Source: Candidatus Bathyarchaeota archaeon
GTDB taxonomy: Archaea; Thermoproteota; Bathyarchaeia; Bathyarchaeales; Bathycorpusculaceae
Direction of reading: 5' to 3'
DNA: 64,000 bases
Assembly: GCA_963827165.1 (NCBI GenBank)
Contig: CAWGZR010000010.1
Coordinates: 320,001-384,000, forward strand
How positions within the stretch are numbered: the stretch's first letter is position 1; each line of letters starts with the position of its first letter. Under the pieces are notes generated by a model. It had not been told where the DNA came from and made no database searches. It was given only the letters and a program-made list of their open reading frames with translations. Positions 45,129 through 58,617 of the stretch are shown here, piece by piece. A program made the position numbers and the translations under genes.

Positions 45129-45773
45129 TTAACTTCCTGCTTTGAGAAGAGCGGATTTTTCGTCGTCAGATAATTCGCGGTATCCGTTCTTGTCGATTAC
45201 AGTGATATTGTAGTTGTTGCCGCTTGCAACATCCCGTTTCATAGCCGCGTTAACCGCCTTAACTATAATGGGTGCCAACTCAGCGATCGTCATGCCTTCA
45301 TGGTACTGGTCCTCAAGTATACCGTAAGCGATGGGGGAACCTGAACCTGTGGAAACTGATTTTTCCTCCGTTAAGCTGCCGTATGGATCTAGATTGAAAA
45401 CGTGTGGTCCGGTGTCGTCTACGCCGCCGACTAGAACTTGTGTTGCCAATGGAACGTAACGCGCTGAAAAAAGCAGGTTTGCCACGAGCCTTGCAGCCGT
45501 CGCAACGGGCATGGGCCTGTTTAGGTTTATTTTGTAGAGCTGCGCGTTCGCGGTGAGTATGTCAACGACTTTTTGGGCGTCTGCCACGGTCCCGGCAATT
45601 GTCATTCCAAGGTGGTCGTCTATTTTGTAGACTTTCTTGCCGAATTTATGTGCCACGTAGAAACCCATGGTTACGCGGGTGTCAGATGCTAAAATCACGC
45701 CGTCCTTGCAGACGACGCCAATCGTAGTTGTTCCTTTGAGAACTAACTGGCTAGCATTATTATTTTGTGACAT
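45129..45773 (-). CDS. psmB: proteasome beta subunit
   Basis: Propeptide then KG|TTTIG; GSGS and RDVASG motifs. Confidence 0.95.
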   Translation of the reverse strand: MSQNNNASQLVLKGTTTIGVVCKDGVILASDTRVTMGFYVAHKFGKKVYKIDDHLGMTIAGTVADAQKVVDILTANAQLYKINLNRPMPVATAARLVANLLFSARYVPLATQVLVGGVDDTGPHVFNLDPYGSLTEEKSVSTGSGSPIAYGILEDQYHEGMTIAELAPIIVKAVNAAMKRDVASGNNYNITVIDKNGYRELSDDEKSALLKAGS

Positions 45774-46185
45774 AGTTTTGTGCTCCCCTAAAACTCCGTT
45801 TAAGCGGATTGCCATCCACTAGGAAGTAGCATGATGTAATCTTTCCGTGAACTTAATTAATATTTCGCATCCCAGTCCGGGTACCTTGTCAAGATTTTCT
45901 AAAGAATGACCTTTCTCCGTTAACTGCCGGGACAGAACATTCTTTCTTGATATGGCAAACCGTCACCTACGCCACCAAGTCGTGCATAATCTAATTGTCT
46001 CGCGATATTTCGGTTTCATTGAACCTTCATTATTTGGCGCAATACTTCATCTATTGTTTGCTTTTGCTGGTTAAACGTTTGGTTGGTTGTTGTAGTGGCG
46101 TGACTACAGCACGGTTTTATATCTTTAATCGTCACTCTTAAGATACAGAGAAGTTGGGGTTCTGAAACCCCCGGAGAGATAAGTT

Positions 46186-46515
46186 TTGACAATTTTGAAC
46201 AGAAAAATATGTCGCGGTCCCATTCTCGAAAGCATTTTTCTCGACCTAATAAACAATGCATCAGACCACGGGATACACGGCTACGCCATCTTCAAAACAG
46301 TGCAAAAAAAATTCGGCATACGGTTAGCTCCTTCAACCTTGTACCCTGAACTCCAACATTTAGAGAAAAGAGGACTCATAGAGTCAAGATGGGACTTCAA
46401 AGAAGGGAAAGCCCGCAGAGAGTACAGCATTACGCGGAAAGGGCAAGCCGAACTAAGGGAATATTCTTTGGGGCTACGAGCAATCATCCCAGCAGGAATC
46501 ACCTGCAAAATGTAA
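46186..46515 (+). CDS. PadR-family transcriptional regulator
   Basis: HGYAI, STLYPEL..LEKRGLIES, RREYSITRKG motifs. Confidence 0.85.
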   Translation: MTILNRKICRGPILESIFLDLINNASDHGIHGYAIFKTVQKKFGIRLAPSTLYPELQHLEKRGLIESRWDFKEGKARREYSITRKGQAELREYSLGLRAIIPAGITCKM

Positions 46516-46632
46516 GTGCGCCTTGCTGGTTGCAGGCACCGTCCTCCATCTGGCACATCATAGAAAAGTCTAAGCGAAGTCGTAAGCCGAGACGAATTCG
46601 GCAAAAAGTATGAGGCATTAGAAAGCGGAAGG

Positions 46633-47706
46633 CTAAATCAGCGTTTTCTGCTTTCCGCTTGAGACTAAACTTGAAACCCGAACGCCGATTAGCCTGATTT
46701 TTCTGTCTCTTCTCAGGTAGCCGGCGACAAGTTCCCGCTCTGTTTTTTGCAGGTCGCGGATCCGGTTGGTCAAGAAGGGGAGGGTGTGACTTTTGGTATG
46801 GGTTTCGAAGTTTTGGTAGCGGATTTTTAGCGTGACGGTTTTGAAGAGGAGATGTTGGTTTTCAATTTCCTTGATGACATTGATACATAGGCCATCCAAC
46901 GCTTTTAGGATGACCACGGAATCGGCTGTGTCTTCTTCGAAGGTCGTTTCGTGGCTTGTGCTTTTGATGCCTTCGCGTTCTTCAACCGGGCTTTCATCTA
47001 AACCTCTCGCCATAAGGTGAAGCTGCCAACCCATCACTCCGAACATAGACTTTAAAGCTTCAGCATCGAAGTTGGCTAAGTCACCGATCGTGTTCACTCC
47101 AAGTGCTTTGAGTTTCGCCTCGGTTTTTCGGCCCACCCAAAGTAGCTTGCGAACGGGCAGCGGCGCTAGAAAGAACTCTGCTTCCTCTTCTCGCACCACA
47201 GTTAATCCGTCGGGTTTCTGGTAGTCGCTTGCTACCTTAGCGATAAGTTTGTTGGGTCCGACGCCGAGGGTTCCGGTTAAACCTGTTTTCTGCTTGATTT
47301 CTTGCTTAATACGCCTAGCCAAAGCTTCAGCCTCAACGAAATCCATGACCCTTCCCGAAACCTCCAAAAAAGCTTCGTCGATGCCCCACTGCTCAAACTT
47401 ATCAGCATAGCTACGGGCGATCTGCATTATTTCGTCTGAAACCCTAACATAGAGCGGGAAATTCGGTGGAAGATATACACCTTCTGGGCACAAACGCCAA
47501 GCTTGAGATATGGGCATACCTGAGCGGACGCCGACTTTTCGTGCTTCGTAGTTGCTTGTGCTAACGACGCCCCTGCCTTTGCCAGCTTTAGGATCGGCGC
47601 CGACTATGACGGGTTTGCCTTGGATTTCAGGTCGCTCGCGTTCTTCAACCGCCGTATAAAAGTGATCCATGTCAAGGTGGAAGATAATGCGTCCTTTATC
47701 AGCCAA
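46633..47706 (-). CDS. dinB: DNA polymerase IV (Y family)
   Basis: HLDMDHFY, SNYEAR..GVRSGMP, GIDEAF, KPDG motifs; probable TTG start at 47706. Confidence 0.93.
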   Translation of the reverse strand: MADKGRIIFHLDMDHFYTAVEERERPEIQGKPVIVGADPKAGKGRGVVSTSNYEARKVGVRSGMPISQAWRLCPEGVYLPPNFPLYVRVSDEIMQIARSYADKFEQWGIDEAFLEVSGRVMDFVEAEALARRIKQEIKQKTGLTGTLGVGPNKLIAKVASDYQKPDGLTVVREEEAEFFLAPLPVRKLLWVGRKTEAKLKALGVNTIGDLANFDAEALKSMFGVMGWQLHLMARGLDESPVEEREGIKSTSHETTFEEDTADSVVILKALDGLCINVIKEIENQHLLFKTVTLKIRYQNFETHTKSHTLPFLTNRIRDLQKTERELVAGYLRRDRKIRLIGVRVSSLVSSGKQKTLI

Positions 47707-48014
47707 GGTTACCAAGCGAAAAGGGGTATCTCCAAATTTGAACTTATCGAAAACCATAGGAGCCCTGCGGCCATTTGGGCCGCCTATCCTTAGGGTCCAC
47801 AGGGCGCCATCGCTGACAAGAGCGGTTTAATGCGTAATAAATTAGCTAAATCTCTTTTTAGCTCGCTGCAAGGCTTTTGGCTTGGCGTGAGTTACGCTTT
47901 AAACCAAAAAATATCAGAAAGCAACAGAGTTCGCCATGCACAGACCAAACAAGAAGAACGCGCATTCCACGCCGACAAGTGCCTCACTCAAATATCGCTC
48001 AAACACCACTTAGA

Positions 48015-51030
<3,016 letters not shown>

Positions 51031-51267
51031 GGCCATAGGTGGTGTTTGTTTGGCGTTTGGTGAAATCACTTATCGTATATTATTCGTGTTGTTGCGTCGT
51101 TGCTTCTTCTTGTTTGGCCTATGCATGGTGTCATTTTGATCTTCGCGCGTGTCTTGGCGAAGCCAATCACCCTTCACTCCTCATCGATGACGGTGGGGAG
51201 TTGCATCTTGCTAATGGTATAACCCATGTTGCTAAGTTCAGTTAAAAGCGGCTATCGCAAATATAAG

Positions 51268-51285
51268 GATTGTGTTGGCGGCAGA
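51268..51285 (-). promoter_or_regulatory. probable TATA box of the 23S transcript
   Basis: CTTATAT on the minus strand ~240 bp upstream of the 23S 5' end, upstream of the processing-stem arm. Confidence 0.5.
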
Positions 51286-51543
51286 TTAAGGTTTATTGAA
51301 GCTTGGTTTGGCGCTTCAAGGGGGTTTTGTTGTTTGCTTGCATGTTTTTTCACGTTCGTCTTAGTTTGGGTTAATGTGCCCGGCTTATGACGTCGGGAAG
51401 ATAAGTTTAGGCGCAGTTTGCAAATATAAGGGTGACGGCATGGCTGAAACAGAAACATGGGTTTTTGTCCCAAATAAAACATTCTTTATTTTTGGTTCGT
51501 TCTTAGCAGTGAATGCATCTCATTCCCATTTTAGGCAGAGCGA

Positions 51544-51690
51544 GCAATTTTTTTTCTTTGTGTTTTGGGTTGCTTTTCTGCAAAGAGACTTAGATCATCT
51601 GCAGCATCCGTCCTCAATAGTCTACGATGGTCTACCAAAGTCAACTAATGGCCCTTACCGTCTTAAGTCCAAGACGTCCACCAAAGTCAA
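51544..51690 (-). repeat. dispersed element copy 6: GAC array + core
   Basis: GTC on + at 51610/20/30/40/60; rc core GACGGATGCTGCAGA..AAAAGCAACCCAAAACACAAAGAAAAAA, close to copy 2. Confidence 0.85.
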
Positions 51691-51797
51691 TTAACAGATT
51701 TAAAACTCTCAAAAATTGGAACGATTCAAGAAAAAGTAGACACAAAATGTTTGGTATGAACAGAGAAGCAAGGTGTAAAAACGTGGTATTTTTTAAC

Positions 51798-51900
51798 TGC
51801 AGATTTTTTTCTTTGAAATGGGTTTCTTTTTTGGTTTGGGGCTTGATTGCGTTGCAACTATTCTCCAAAAACATCTTAAAACATCTCAAAAGATCGCTTG
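51798..51900 (-). repeat. dispersed element copy 7: GAT array + core
   Basis: ctc/atc at 51863/73/83/93; rc core GTTGCAACGCAATCAAGCCCCAAACCAAAAAAGAAACCC. Confidence 0.75.
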
Positions 51901-51935
51901 AAGAAAATGTGGAGCAGGAGCGGATGAAGTTTTCG

Positions 51936-52090
51936 GCAGGAAATTTTTTGCTTTGTGTTTTAGATTGCTTTTTTTAGGACTTAATTGGTTAGGTTGCGTA
52001 CAAAAAGTCATAAACGTATACAACGTCATAGAAAGTCATGAAACATCGCCAAACTCATAAAGTCATAAGACGTCACTAAACGTCTACAAA
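51936..52090 (-). repeat. dispersed element copy 8: about 10 units of 8-10 bp (TGAC) + core
   Basis: aaagtcata/aacgtcata-type units; rc core GCAACCT..AAAAAAAGCAATCTAAAACACAAAGCAAAAAATTT. Confidence 0.75.
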
Positions 52091-52416
52091 AAACAATTGG
52101 TGGCCACCTCTCCCTTAACGTAGAAGTCAAAGATCGTGACGAAAAACAAACCCCAGAAGATTTTCCTGAAAAGGGGTCTGCAGCTTTTAGACCCAAGCAG
52201 TCCTCGAGAGTCGATAAAAACGTCTAAGGTTCAACTCAGGCATCTCGTCAGAAGGGGAGCGTCAAAATTGGTCAATATAATGCAAACGTCGAGTGGTTAC
52301 ATTCCGAATCGACGCTACAATGGAGATTAATCTGAACCGAGTAGCTACTTGGCAAAAGCTAATTACTTGCCTGCCCAATTAATCTCTCAACTTAGTTCAG
52401 CAGCCGATGTGTTAGT

Positions 52417-53373
52417 TTGGGCAAACTCAAATTCGGCGTGTTCCTTCCGTTCTATGCGTTCCCGAAAGACCAAGCCGAAACTTTCAGCCTAATCCGAGAG
52501 CGTTGTTTTGGAGTGTGAGCGTTTAGGTTATGATTCGGTTTGGCTTGATGATCATTTGATGTATAGTGACTGGCCGATTCTTGAGTCTTGGACAACACTG
52601 TCCGCGCTGTCCGCCCTAGACCAGCAGGGTGCGGCTTGGAACCATGGTTTCCTGCGTGGCACATCGCAACCCTGCGTTGTTGGCGAAGGCGGCGGCGACC
52701 CTTGACGTGGTTTCAGGCGGCAGGTTGGAGTTTGGGGTGGGCGCTGGAATCGGGATGGCTGAGCATGCCGCTTATGGGTTTGATTTTCCCAAGCCAGCGG
52801 TACGGATTGAGCACTTATGCGAGTCTTTAGAAGTGATTAAGCGGCTGTGGACTCCGGATAGGGCAAACTTTGAGGGAAAATATTTCCCTCTTAAAGATGC
52901 GGTTTGCCTTCCTAAGCCCGTACAGAAACCTCACCCGCCAATAACCGTGGGAGGCAGCGGCGATTTATTGCTGCGGAAAGCGACTGCTCGCTTTGCTGAC
53001 AGGTTCGACTTTGGATTTTTACCGTCCATTGAGCTTTTCAGGCGAAAGCTTGGGGTTTTAGAGAAAGCATGCAAACGATTGGCAGGGATTTCGGCGAGAT
53101 TGAGAAGTCCTGCTGGCCTGGCGGACAAGTAATCCTAGCCAAGAACGAGAAAGAGTTGCAGGAAAAGATTGACCAAGAAAAATGTTTTGGGTTTAAGCCT
53201 TGGAAGAGTTTAAGCAGGTTAATTTGACGGGTACACCAGCGCAGATTGTTGAGCAACTGCAGGTTTACGTGGATTTGGGCGTGACGTATTTTATGCTTTA
53301 CTTTTCCGATTTGCCGCGGGTTGACGGGTTGAAGCTTTTCGCGGAATCCGTCGTCAAGTCAGATGAGCGATAG
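52417..53373 (+). CDS. LLM-class (probably F420-dependent) oxidoreductase, several frameshifts
   Basis: LKFGVFLP; GYDSVWLDDH; RNPALLAKAAATLDVVSGGRLEFGVGAG; PKPVQKPHPPI motifs. Confidence 0.85.
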
Positions 53374-53707
53374 TTAAAGGTCGCCTCTTGCGATGTGAGT
53401 GAAGTTCGTGTAGGATGATTTCATCGATTTGATGGAAGGGTTTTTCTCGTACAAGGATAATGTATTGGGCTTCTTCGTTTTCGCGGGCGTTAAAGACGCA
53501 GGCGTCGGTGCCCTTGGTTGAGAGGATTCTGCCCCACTCCTCAATTTCGCGCATGTCATCTTCAAAGCAATGACGCTGCTTGATAACGCTGTTGAAGTCT
53601 TTGTCGCTAAGCCTAAGAGCCTTGATTTTAGGCAGCGGCTTGCTGGACAGAGTTTTCCATGCTTTAACTATTTTGTTCCCATGAATCCGCTTAGCTTTCA
53701 CGTCCAT
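53374..53707 (-). CDS. hypothetical protein with possible HExxH motif, frameshift near the end
   Basis: IILHEL joined to THIARGDL in the adjacent frame. Confidence 0.5.
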
Positions 53708-53999
53708 GCCTTCAACCATAACCATAAGAAACACGCAACCAGCCCCGCCCCGCAAAATAAACATAACGCATACGGCGAAGACTCAAAAAACTAAGTGCTT
53801 TTGGCGTAAAAAATATTTGCAGTAGTGAGGTTACAACCACAACACGCCTATCTAGATGGACTTCAGTCTGAGCCCAGCCTGTAAGAACCAATTTTCCATG
53901 AAATAAGCCTTGAAAAACCGTTTCAAACCCTGTGTCAGTTTCGTTTCAGGCAACTATCTTACCATTCGGAAGCGTATAGGTATGTTGAGGTGAAAGTGA

Positions 54000-54243
54000 A
54001 TGGTAAACACAAAAGCCATTGTTCTGCTAATAGTTGCGGCGGTCTTAGTTGTTGCAATTGCGGGCATAGTGGTCTTTGCCCAAGTTGCTGTTACACAAGC
54101 AAACTTAGACGGGTAACCCGACCGCGCAGCCATCGGGAAGCTACAGCCACGGGATGATGAATAAAGGAAGCTACCCGAACAGTCAAGGGCAGAACGGTTA
54201 CAACTACGAACCCAGAATGGGCATGTGCGCCCGTCTCTGGTAA
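54000..54243 (+). CDS. small secreted/membrane-anchored protein, frameshifted
   Basis: GAGGTGA RBS; MVNTKAIVLLIVAAVLVVAIAGIVVFAQ; G/Y/M-rich tail ending MGMCARLW* in another frame. Confidence 0.5.
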
Positions 54244-54296
54244 ACCGCAGCGTTTAACGCTTCCCAGTTTTTCTTTTTCTCAATTTCCATTTTGGT

Positions 54297-55925
54297 TTAT
54301 TCCGAAGGGGTAGGAGTGTACCGACTAAGGTACCCTTTTGAGATTTTTGGTTTGCGTGGTTTCCATGCGTCTAAGCGTTCTTTAAGCTCTTTATCCGACA
54401 GCTCAACACGTAGAATCCTGCCAGGGATGTCGATGGTTATGGTGTCGCCGTTTTTAAGTGCCGCTATGGGTCCGCCGTCGAAGGCTTCAGGTGCGACGTG
54501 TCCAATGCATGGTCCACGCGTGGCTCCGCTGAATCTGCCGTCCGTGATGAGTGCTACGCTTTCGCTAAGACCCATTCCCGCGATGGTTGCGGTGGGGATG
54601 AGCATTTCAGGCATTCCAGGTCCGCCTCGGGGGCCTTCGTAACGGATGACGACGACGTCGCCTGCCACAACCTCGTGGCGTTTCATAGCTTCCTCTGACT
54701 GTCGCTCGGAGTCGTAGACTTTTGCTGGACCTTGGTGCTTCATCATCTTAGGCGAGACAGCAGCCATTTTGACGACTGCGCCCTTTGGCGCCAAGTTGCC
54801 CCGCAAGATCGCTATGCCGCCTTCCTTGTGAACGGGGTTGCTAAGCGGGCGAATGACTTCAGCATTGATTACTCTTGCGTTTGAAACGTTTTCACCGACG
54901 GTTTTGCCTGTAACAGTTAGTGCGTCAAAGTGGATAAACGGTTTTAGCTCAGCCATCAGGGCGGGTAAGCCGCCTGCGTTTCCCAAATCAGCCATGTCAT
55001 AGATGCCGCTTGGGACCATACTGCATAGGTGTGGGACTTTGCGTCCGATTTCATCGTAAGTAGAAAGGTTAAGTTGTGCTCCTGCTTCGTTGGCGATAGC
55101 GGTGAGATGCAGAACTGTGTTTGTTGAGCCGCCCAACGCCATGTCGACTGCTGCGGCGTTGTCGAAGGCTTTCTGCGTCATAATTTGAGAAGGCAAAATA
55201 TTCCGTTTTACCAGCTGCATGATTTTCACGCCAGACTCTTTGGCGATTCTCTGTTTGAACGCGCCGTTTGCGAGGGCTGTTGCGCAGTAGGGCAGAGACA
55301 TACCCATAGCTTCGGTCATACACGCCATGGTGTTGGCTGTGAACATGCCGTTGCAGCTGCCGCATCCTGGACACGCTACGTTTTCCAGCGCAGCCGATTC
55401 CGCAGGAGTCATTTTGCCTGCGAAGACTTTGCCGACTGCTTCGAAGACGTTGTTGACGCCGACTTTTTGCCCTTCAAGGATGCCTGACTCCATGGGTCCT
55501 CCTGTCACAGCGATTGCGGGAACGTTAATCCTTGCAGCAGCCATCAGCATGCCCGGGGTGATTTTGTCGCAGTTAGAAATCGTCACCAACCCATCTAGGC
55601 GGTGCGCCTGCATCATAATTTCGACTGAGTCAGCGATGAGTTCGCGGCTTGGGAGACTGTAGCGCATGCCTTCATGGCCCATGGCTATACCATCGCATAC
55701 AGCTATGGTGTTAAATTCAAAAGGAGTTCCGCCGGCTTCCAAAATGCCTTCTTTCACTGCTTCACCTAAAATGCGCAGGTGAACATGTCCTGGAACGATG
55801 GAGGTGTAACTGTTGGCTATCCCTATGAATGGTTTAGCAATATCCTCATCGGTTAAACCCAAGCTTTTAAGCAAGGCGCGGTGGGCTGCCCGTTCGGGTC
55901 CAAGTTTGATTTCGTCGCTTCTCAT
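54297..55925 (-). CDS. ilvD: dihydroxy-acid dehydratase
   Basis: [47 protein letters not shown] motifs. Confidence 0.96.
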   Translation of the reverse strand: MRSDEIKLGPERAAHRALLKSLGLTDEDIAKPFIGIANSYTSIVPGHVHLRILGEAVKEGILEAGGTPFEFNTIAVCDGIAMGHEGMRYSLPSRELIADSVEIMMQAHRLDGLVTISNCDKITPGMLMAAARINVPAIAVTGGPMESGILEGQKVGVNNVFEAVGKVFAGKMTPAESAALENVACPGCGSCNGMFTANTMACMTEAMGMSLPYCATALANGAFKQRIAKESGVKIMQLVKRNILPSQIMTQKAFDNAAAVDMALGGSTNTVLHLTAIANEAGAQLNLSTYDEIGRKVPHLCSMVPSGIYDMADLGNAGGLPALMAELKPFIHFDALTVTGKTVGENVSNARVINAEVIRPLSNPVHKEGGIAILRGNLAPKGAVVKMAAVSPKMMKHQGPAKVYDSERQSEEAMKRHEVVAGDVVVIRYEGPRGGPGMPEMLIPTATIAGMGLSESVALITDGRFSGATRGPCIGHVAPEAFDGGPIAALKNGDTITIDIPGRILRVELSDKELKERLDAWKPRKPKISKGYLSRYTPTPSE

Positions 55926-55988
55926 AAATTTCACTTCTTGCAAGATACTGTCACCAATAATTTTATATTTAAGGTTGACGCTCAAAAA

Positions 55989-57530
55989 ATGGAATGTGAC
56001 TTAGAATGGGGTATTGCTTTATTTAACCGCTTCCCAAAACATGTAAAGTTTTTAGACACCACCCTAAGAGATGGGGAACAAACACCCGGAGTATCACTTG
56101 TACCTGAAAACAAACTGCGAATAGCCCAGCGGCTGGACGAGCTCGGCGTGGACATTATTGAAGCTGGGTTTGCGGCTGTTTCTGAAGGTGAAATGGAAGC
56201 TGTCAGCCTTATCGCAAAGCAGAAGTTAAGGGCTCAAATCTCAAGTGCGGCAAGAGGAACAATAAACGATATCGATGCAGTTCTCAAGAGCGGCGCTTCA
56301 ACTATTAGCATGATCATTCCAACGTCTGACTTGCATATCCAATGCAAACTTCACAAGACACGGGAACAGATGCTAAAAGTTGCAGACGAATGCATAACCT
56401 ACGCAAAAGATCATGGCTTAGTCGTTGAGCTTTTGGCTGAAGACGCAACCCGAACAGACCCTAATTACTTAAACCAGTTCTTCAATGCCGCAGTTGAAGC
56501 TAAAGCGGACAGACTGATTGTATGCGACACAGTAGGCATCTTAACTCCTGAACGATCAGCCGAACTCTTCTCAAAACTCAAAGAAAACTTCAAGATCCCA
56601 ATAGGCGTGCACTGTCACAACGATTTCGGAATGGCCGTTGCTAACAGCATTGCAGCCTTAGGCTCTGGAGCTGAAGAAGTTCACGCAACCATAAACGGAC
56701 TAGGCGAACGCGCTGGAAACGCTTCACTTGAAGAAATAGTCCTCACATTAAATTCACTCTACAGAATAGACGTAAAAATCAAGACCGAACTGATCTACGG
56801 AACATCCCAACTAGTGTCCAGATTAACCGGGGTTTATGTACAGCCAAACAAGGCAATCGTCGGCGAAAACGCCTTCACCCACGAATCAGGAATTCACACG
56901 CAAGGAATGCTTGCAAACCCACTGACTTATGAACCGATAGCGCCTGAGCTGGTAGGGGCAACCCGCCGCATATCCGCAGGAAAGCATTCAGGTTCACATG
57001 CGATAAAGGCAGCCTTAGAGGACATGGGATTGAGACCGTCTGAGGTGCAGTTTAAAGAAATTTTCCAACGCATCAAAACCTTGGGTGATAAAGGCAAGAT
57101 GGTGATGGATGCAGATGTTTTGGCGATTGCAGAAAACGTTATGGGTTTAGGCAAAGAGAAGCCGATTCAGCTTGAGGAGATGACGTTTGTTGGCGGCGAT
57201 AAGGTTACGGCTACCGCGTCGGTTAGGCTGCGGCTGAATGGCAAGGATGTTTGGGGTACCGCCGTAGGCGTTGGACCTGTTGATGCAGCGATAAATGCTG
57301 TTAAAGATGCGATCGAAGAGGTTGAACCCATAACATTGGAGCAGTACATGGTTAAAGCGATTACCGGAGGCACGGACGCGATGGTTGAAGTTGAGGTCCG
57401 GATGCGTAAAGGCGACAGGACAGTAAGGGCAACCGGCGTTAGGGAAGACATTGTTAAAGCCAGCATTGAAGCAGTGCTAAGCGCCATGAACGTTTTAGCA
57501 ACGGATTACAACAACAAAAAACAAGCTTAG
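55989..57530 (+). CDS. 2-isopropylmalate synthase / (R)-citramalate synthase family (LeuA/CimA)
   Basis: [30 protein letters not shown]-terminal regulatory GVGPVDA; LeuA and CimA not distinguishable by eye. Confidence 0.9.
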   Translation: MECDLEWGIALFNRFPKHVKFLDTTLRDGEQTPGVSLVPENKLRIAQRLDELGVDIIEAGFAAVSEGEMEAVSLIAKQKLRAQISSAARGTINDIDAVLKSGASTISMIIPTSDLHIQCKLHKTREQMLKVADECITYAKDHGLVVELLAEDATRTDPNYLNQFFNAAVEAKADRLIVCDTVGILTPERSAELFSKLKENFKIPIGVHCHNDFGMAVANSIAALGSGAEEVHATINGLGERAGNASLEEIVLTLNSLYRIDVKIKTELIYGTSQLVSRLTGVYVQPNKAIVGENAFTHESGIHTQGMLANPLTYEPIAPELVGATRRISAGKHSGSHAIKAALEDMGLRPSEVQFKEIFQRIKTLGDKGKMVMDADVLAIAENVMGLGKEKPIQLEEMTFVGGDKVTATASVRLRLNGKDVWGTAVGVGPVDAAINAVKDAIEEVEPITLEQYMVKAITGGTDAMVEVEVRMRKGDRTVRATGVREDIVKASIEAVLSAMNVLATDYNNKKQA

Positions 57531-57815
57531 AACCGAGATTTCTCAATTTTTTTGTTTTCTTGGTTTGAAATTGAACTTGGAGGTTCAAAATCTGATGTTT
57601 TTTAGTGGTAAATGTGGTTGGTTTGGACTTAAATTTGGAAATGAGGCGTGAAATGGGGTTTTGGTGTTGAGTTTGTTGAACCTTTTGCATGGTCTTTTGT
57701 GAGTGGTTTGAACTTCCTGTATGTTGAGAATGTTGTTAGTGGTTGTATTTTGCACGTGTGTTTTGGAAGTGGCCGTTGAAGTTGATAGAAAGTTTTTGTT
57801 GCTTGTTGATTTGTT

Positions 57816-58589
57816 TTATGCGGTTATTTGTGGGGGCGGACGTACACGCCTTCTGCCAAGTTTAACCCGCAGGGCTATGCGGTAGAGTTTTCGCAATGAT
57901 TTTACCAGAGCCTCCACTGTGGGGGCGGATGAGTAGATGAGTGGGATTTGCTCGTACTCGGCGATGCGTATGGATTCGGCGTCAGGCGGGTTTTTGTGGA
58001 AAACTACCAATCGCGGTTTGAGGCTGCTAACCCGCACAATCATCATAGGCAAAGATCCCTCTTCCACATTGGTGAAAACCAGCGCCCGATCAGTAGTTGA
58101 TCCAAAAAGCTGCGAGTACTCCAACCCAGAGTAGGCTTCAACTGCTTTTCGGCTATCCACAACCGTGTACCCATTAATCTCTTTAACGAACTTATCTTTG
58201 CAAGCAACGACTTCGCCGCCGATAGCCTTACATAAATATTCAACCCGAACGGGAATTGGAAACTCACGCAGGTCCACCACAGCCATGCTTGGGGAACTGG
58301 TAAGTTTGGCGAATTCCCGTATGAATCGGCTGCCTTTTTGCTCGTCGATGTGGAGAAGTGAGAGGACGAAGCGGCGGATGAATTTGGCACCTGGGCTTTT
58401 TCGTCGCCCGCTTTCGTAGTCGCTTATCACAGCTGAAGAAGAGAGCCCCATTGTTTCGGAAAGAGTAAGTTGAGAAACAGCGAACAGTTCCCGCCATTTG
58501 CGCATGGTGGCGCCTGGTTTGCTTGAAAGAATTATTTCTCCAGCGATCCGTCTTCCCAAAACTTCCCGAAGACTAGGCGACACAGACAC
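57816..58589 (-). CDS. conserved archaeal XRE-HTH regulator with DRTGG-like C-terminus
   Basis: IAGEIILS..MRKWRELF..ISDYESGRRKSPG; STTDRALVFT. Confidence 0.8.
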   Translation of the reverse strand: MSVSPSLREVLGRRIAGEIILSSKPGATMRKWRELFAVSQLTLSETMGLSSSAVISDYESGRRKSPGAKFIRRFVLSLLHIDEQKGSRFIREFAKLTSSPSMAVVDLREFPIPVRVEYLCKAIGGEVVACKDKFVKEINGYTVVDSRKAVEAYSGLEYSQLFGSTTDRALVFTNVEEGSLPMMIVRVSSLKPRLVVFHKNPPDAESIRIAEYEQIPLIYSSAPTVEALVKSLRKLYRIALRVKLGRRRVRPPPQITA

Positions 58590-58617
58590 TGAAAGGCTCT
58601 CCAGCTTGCACTCTCCC

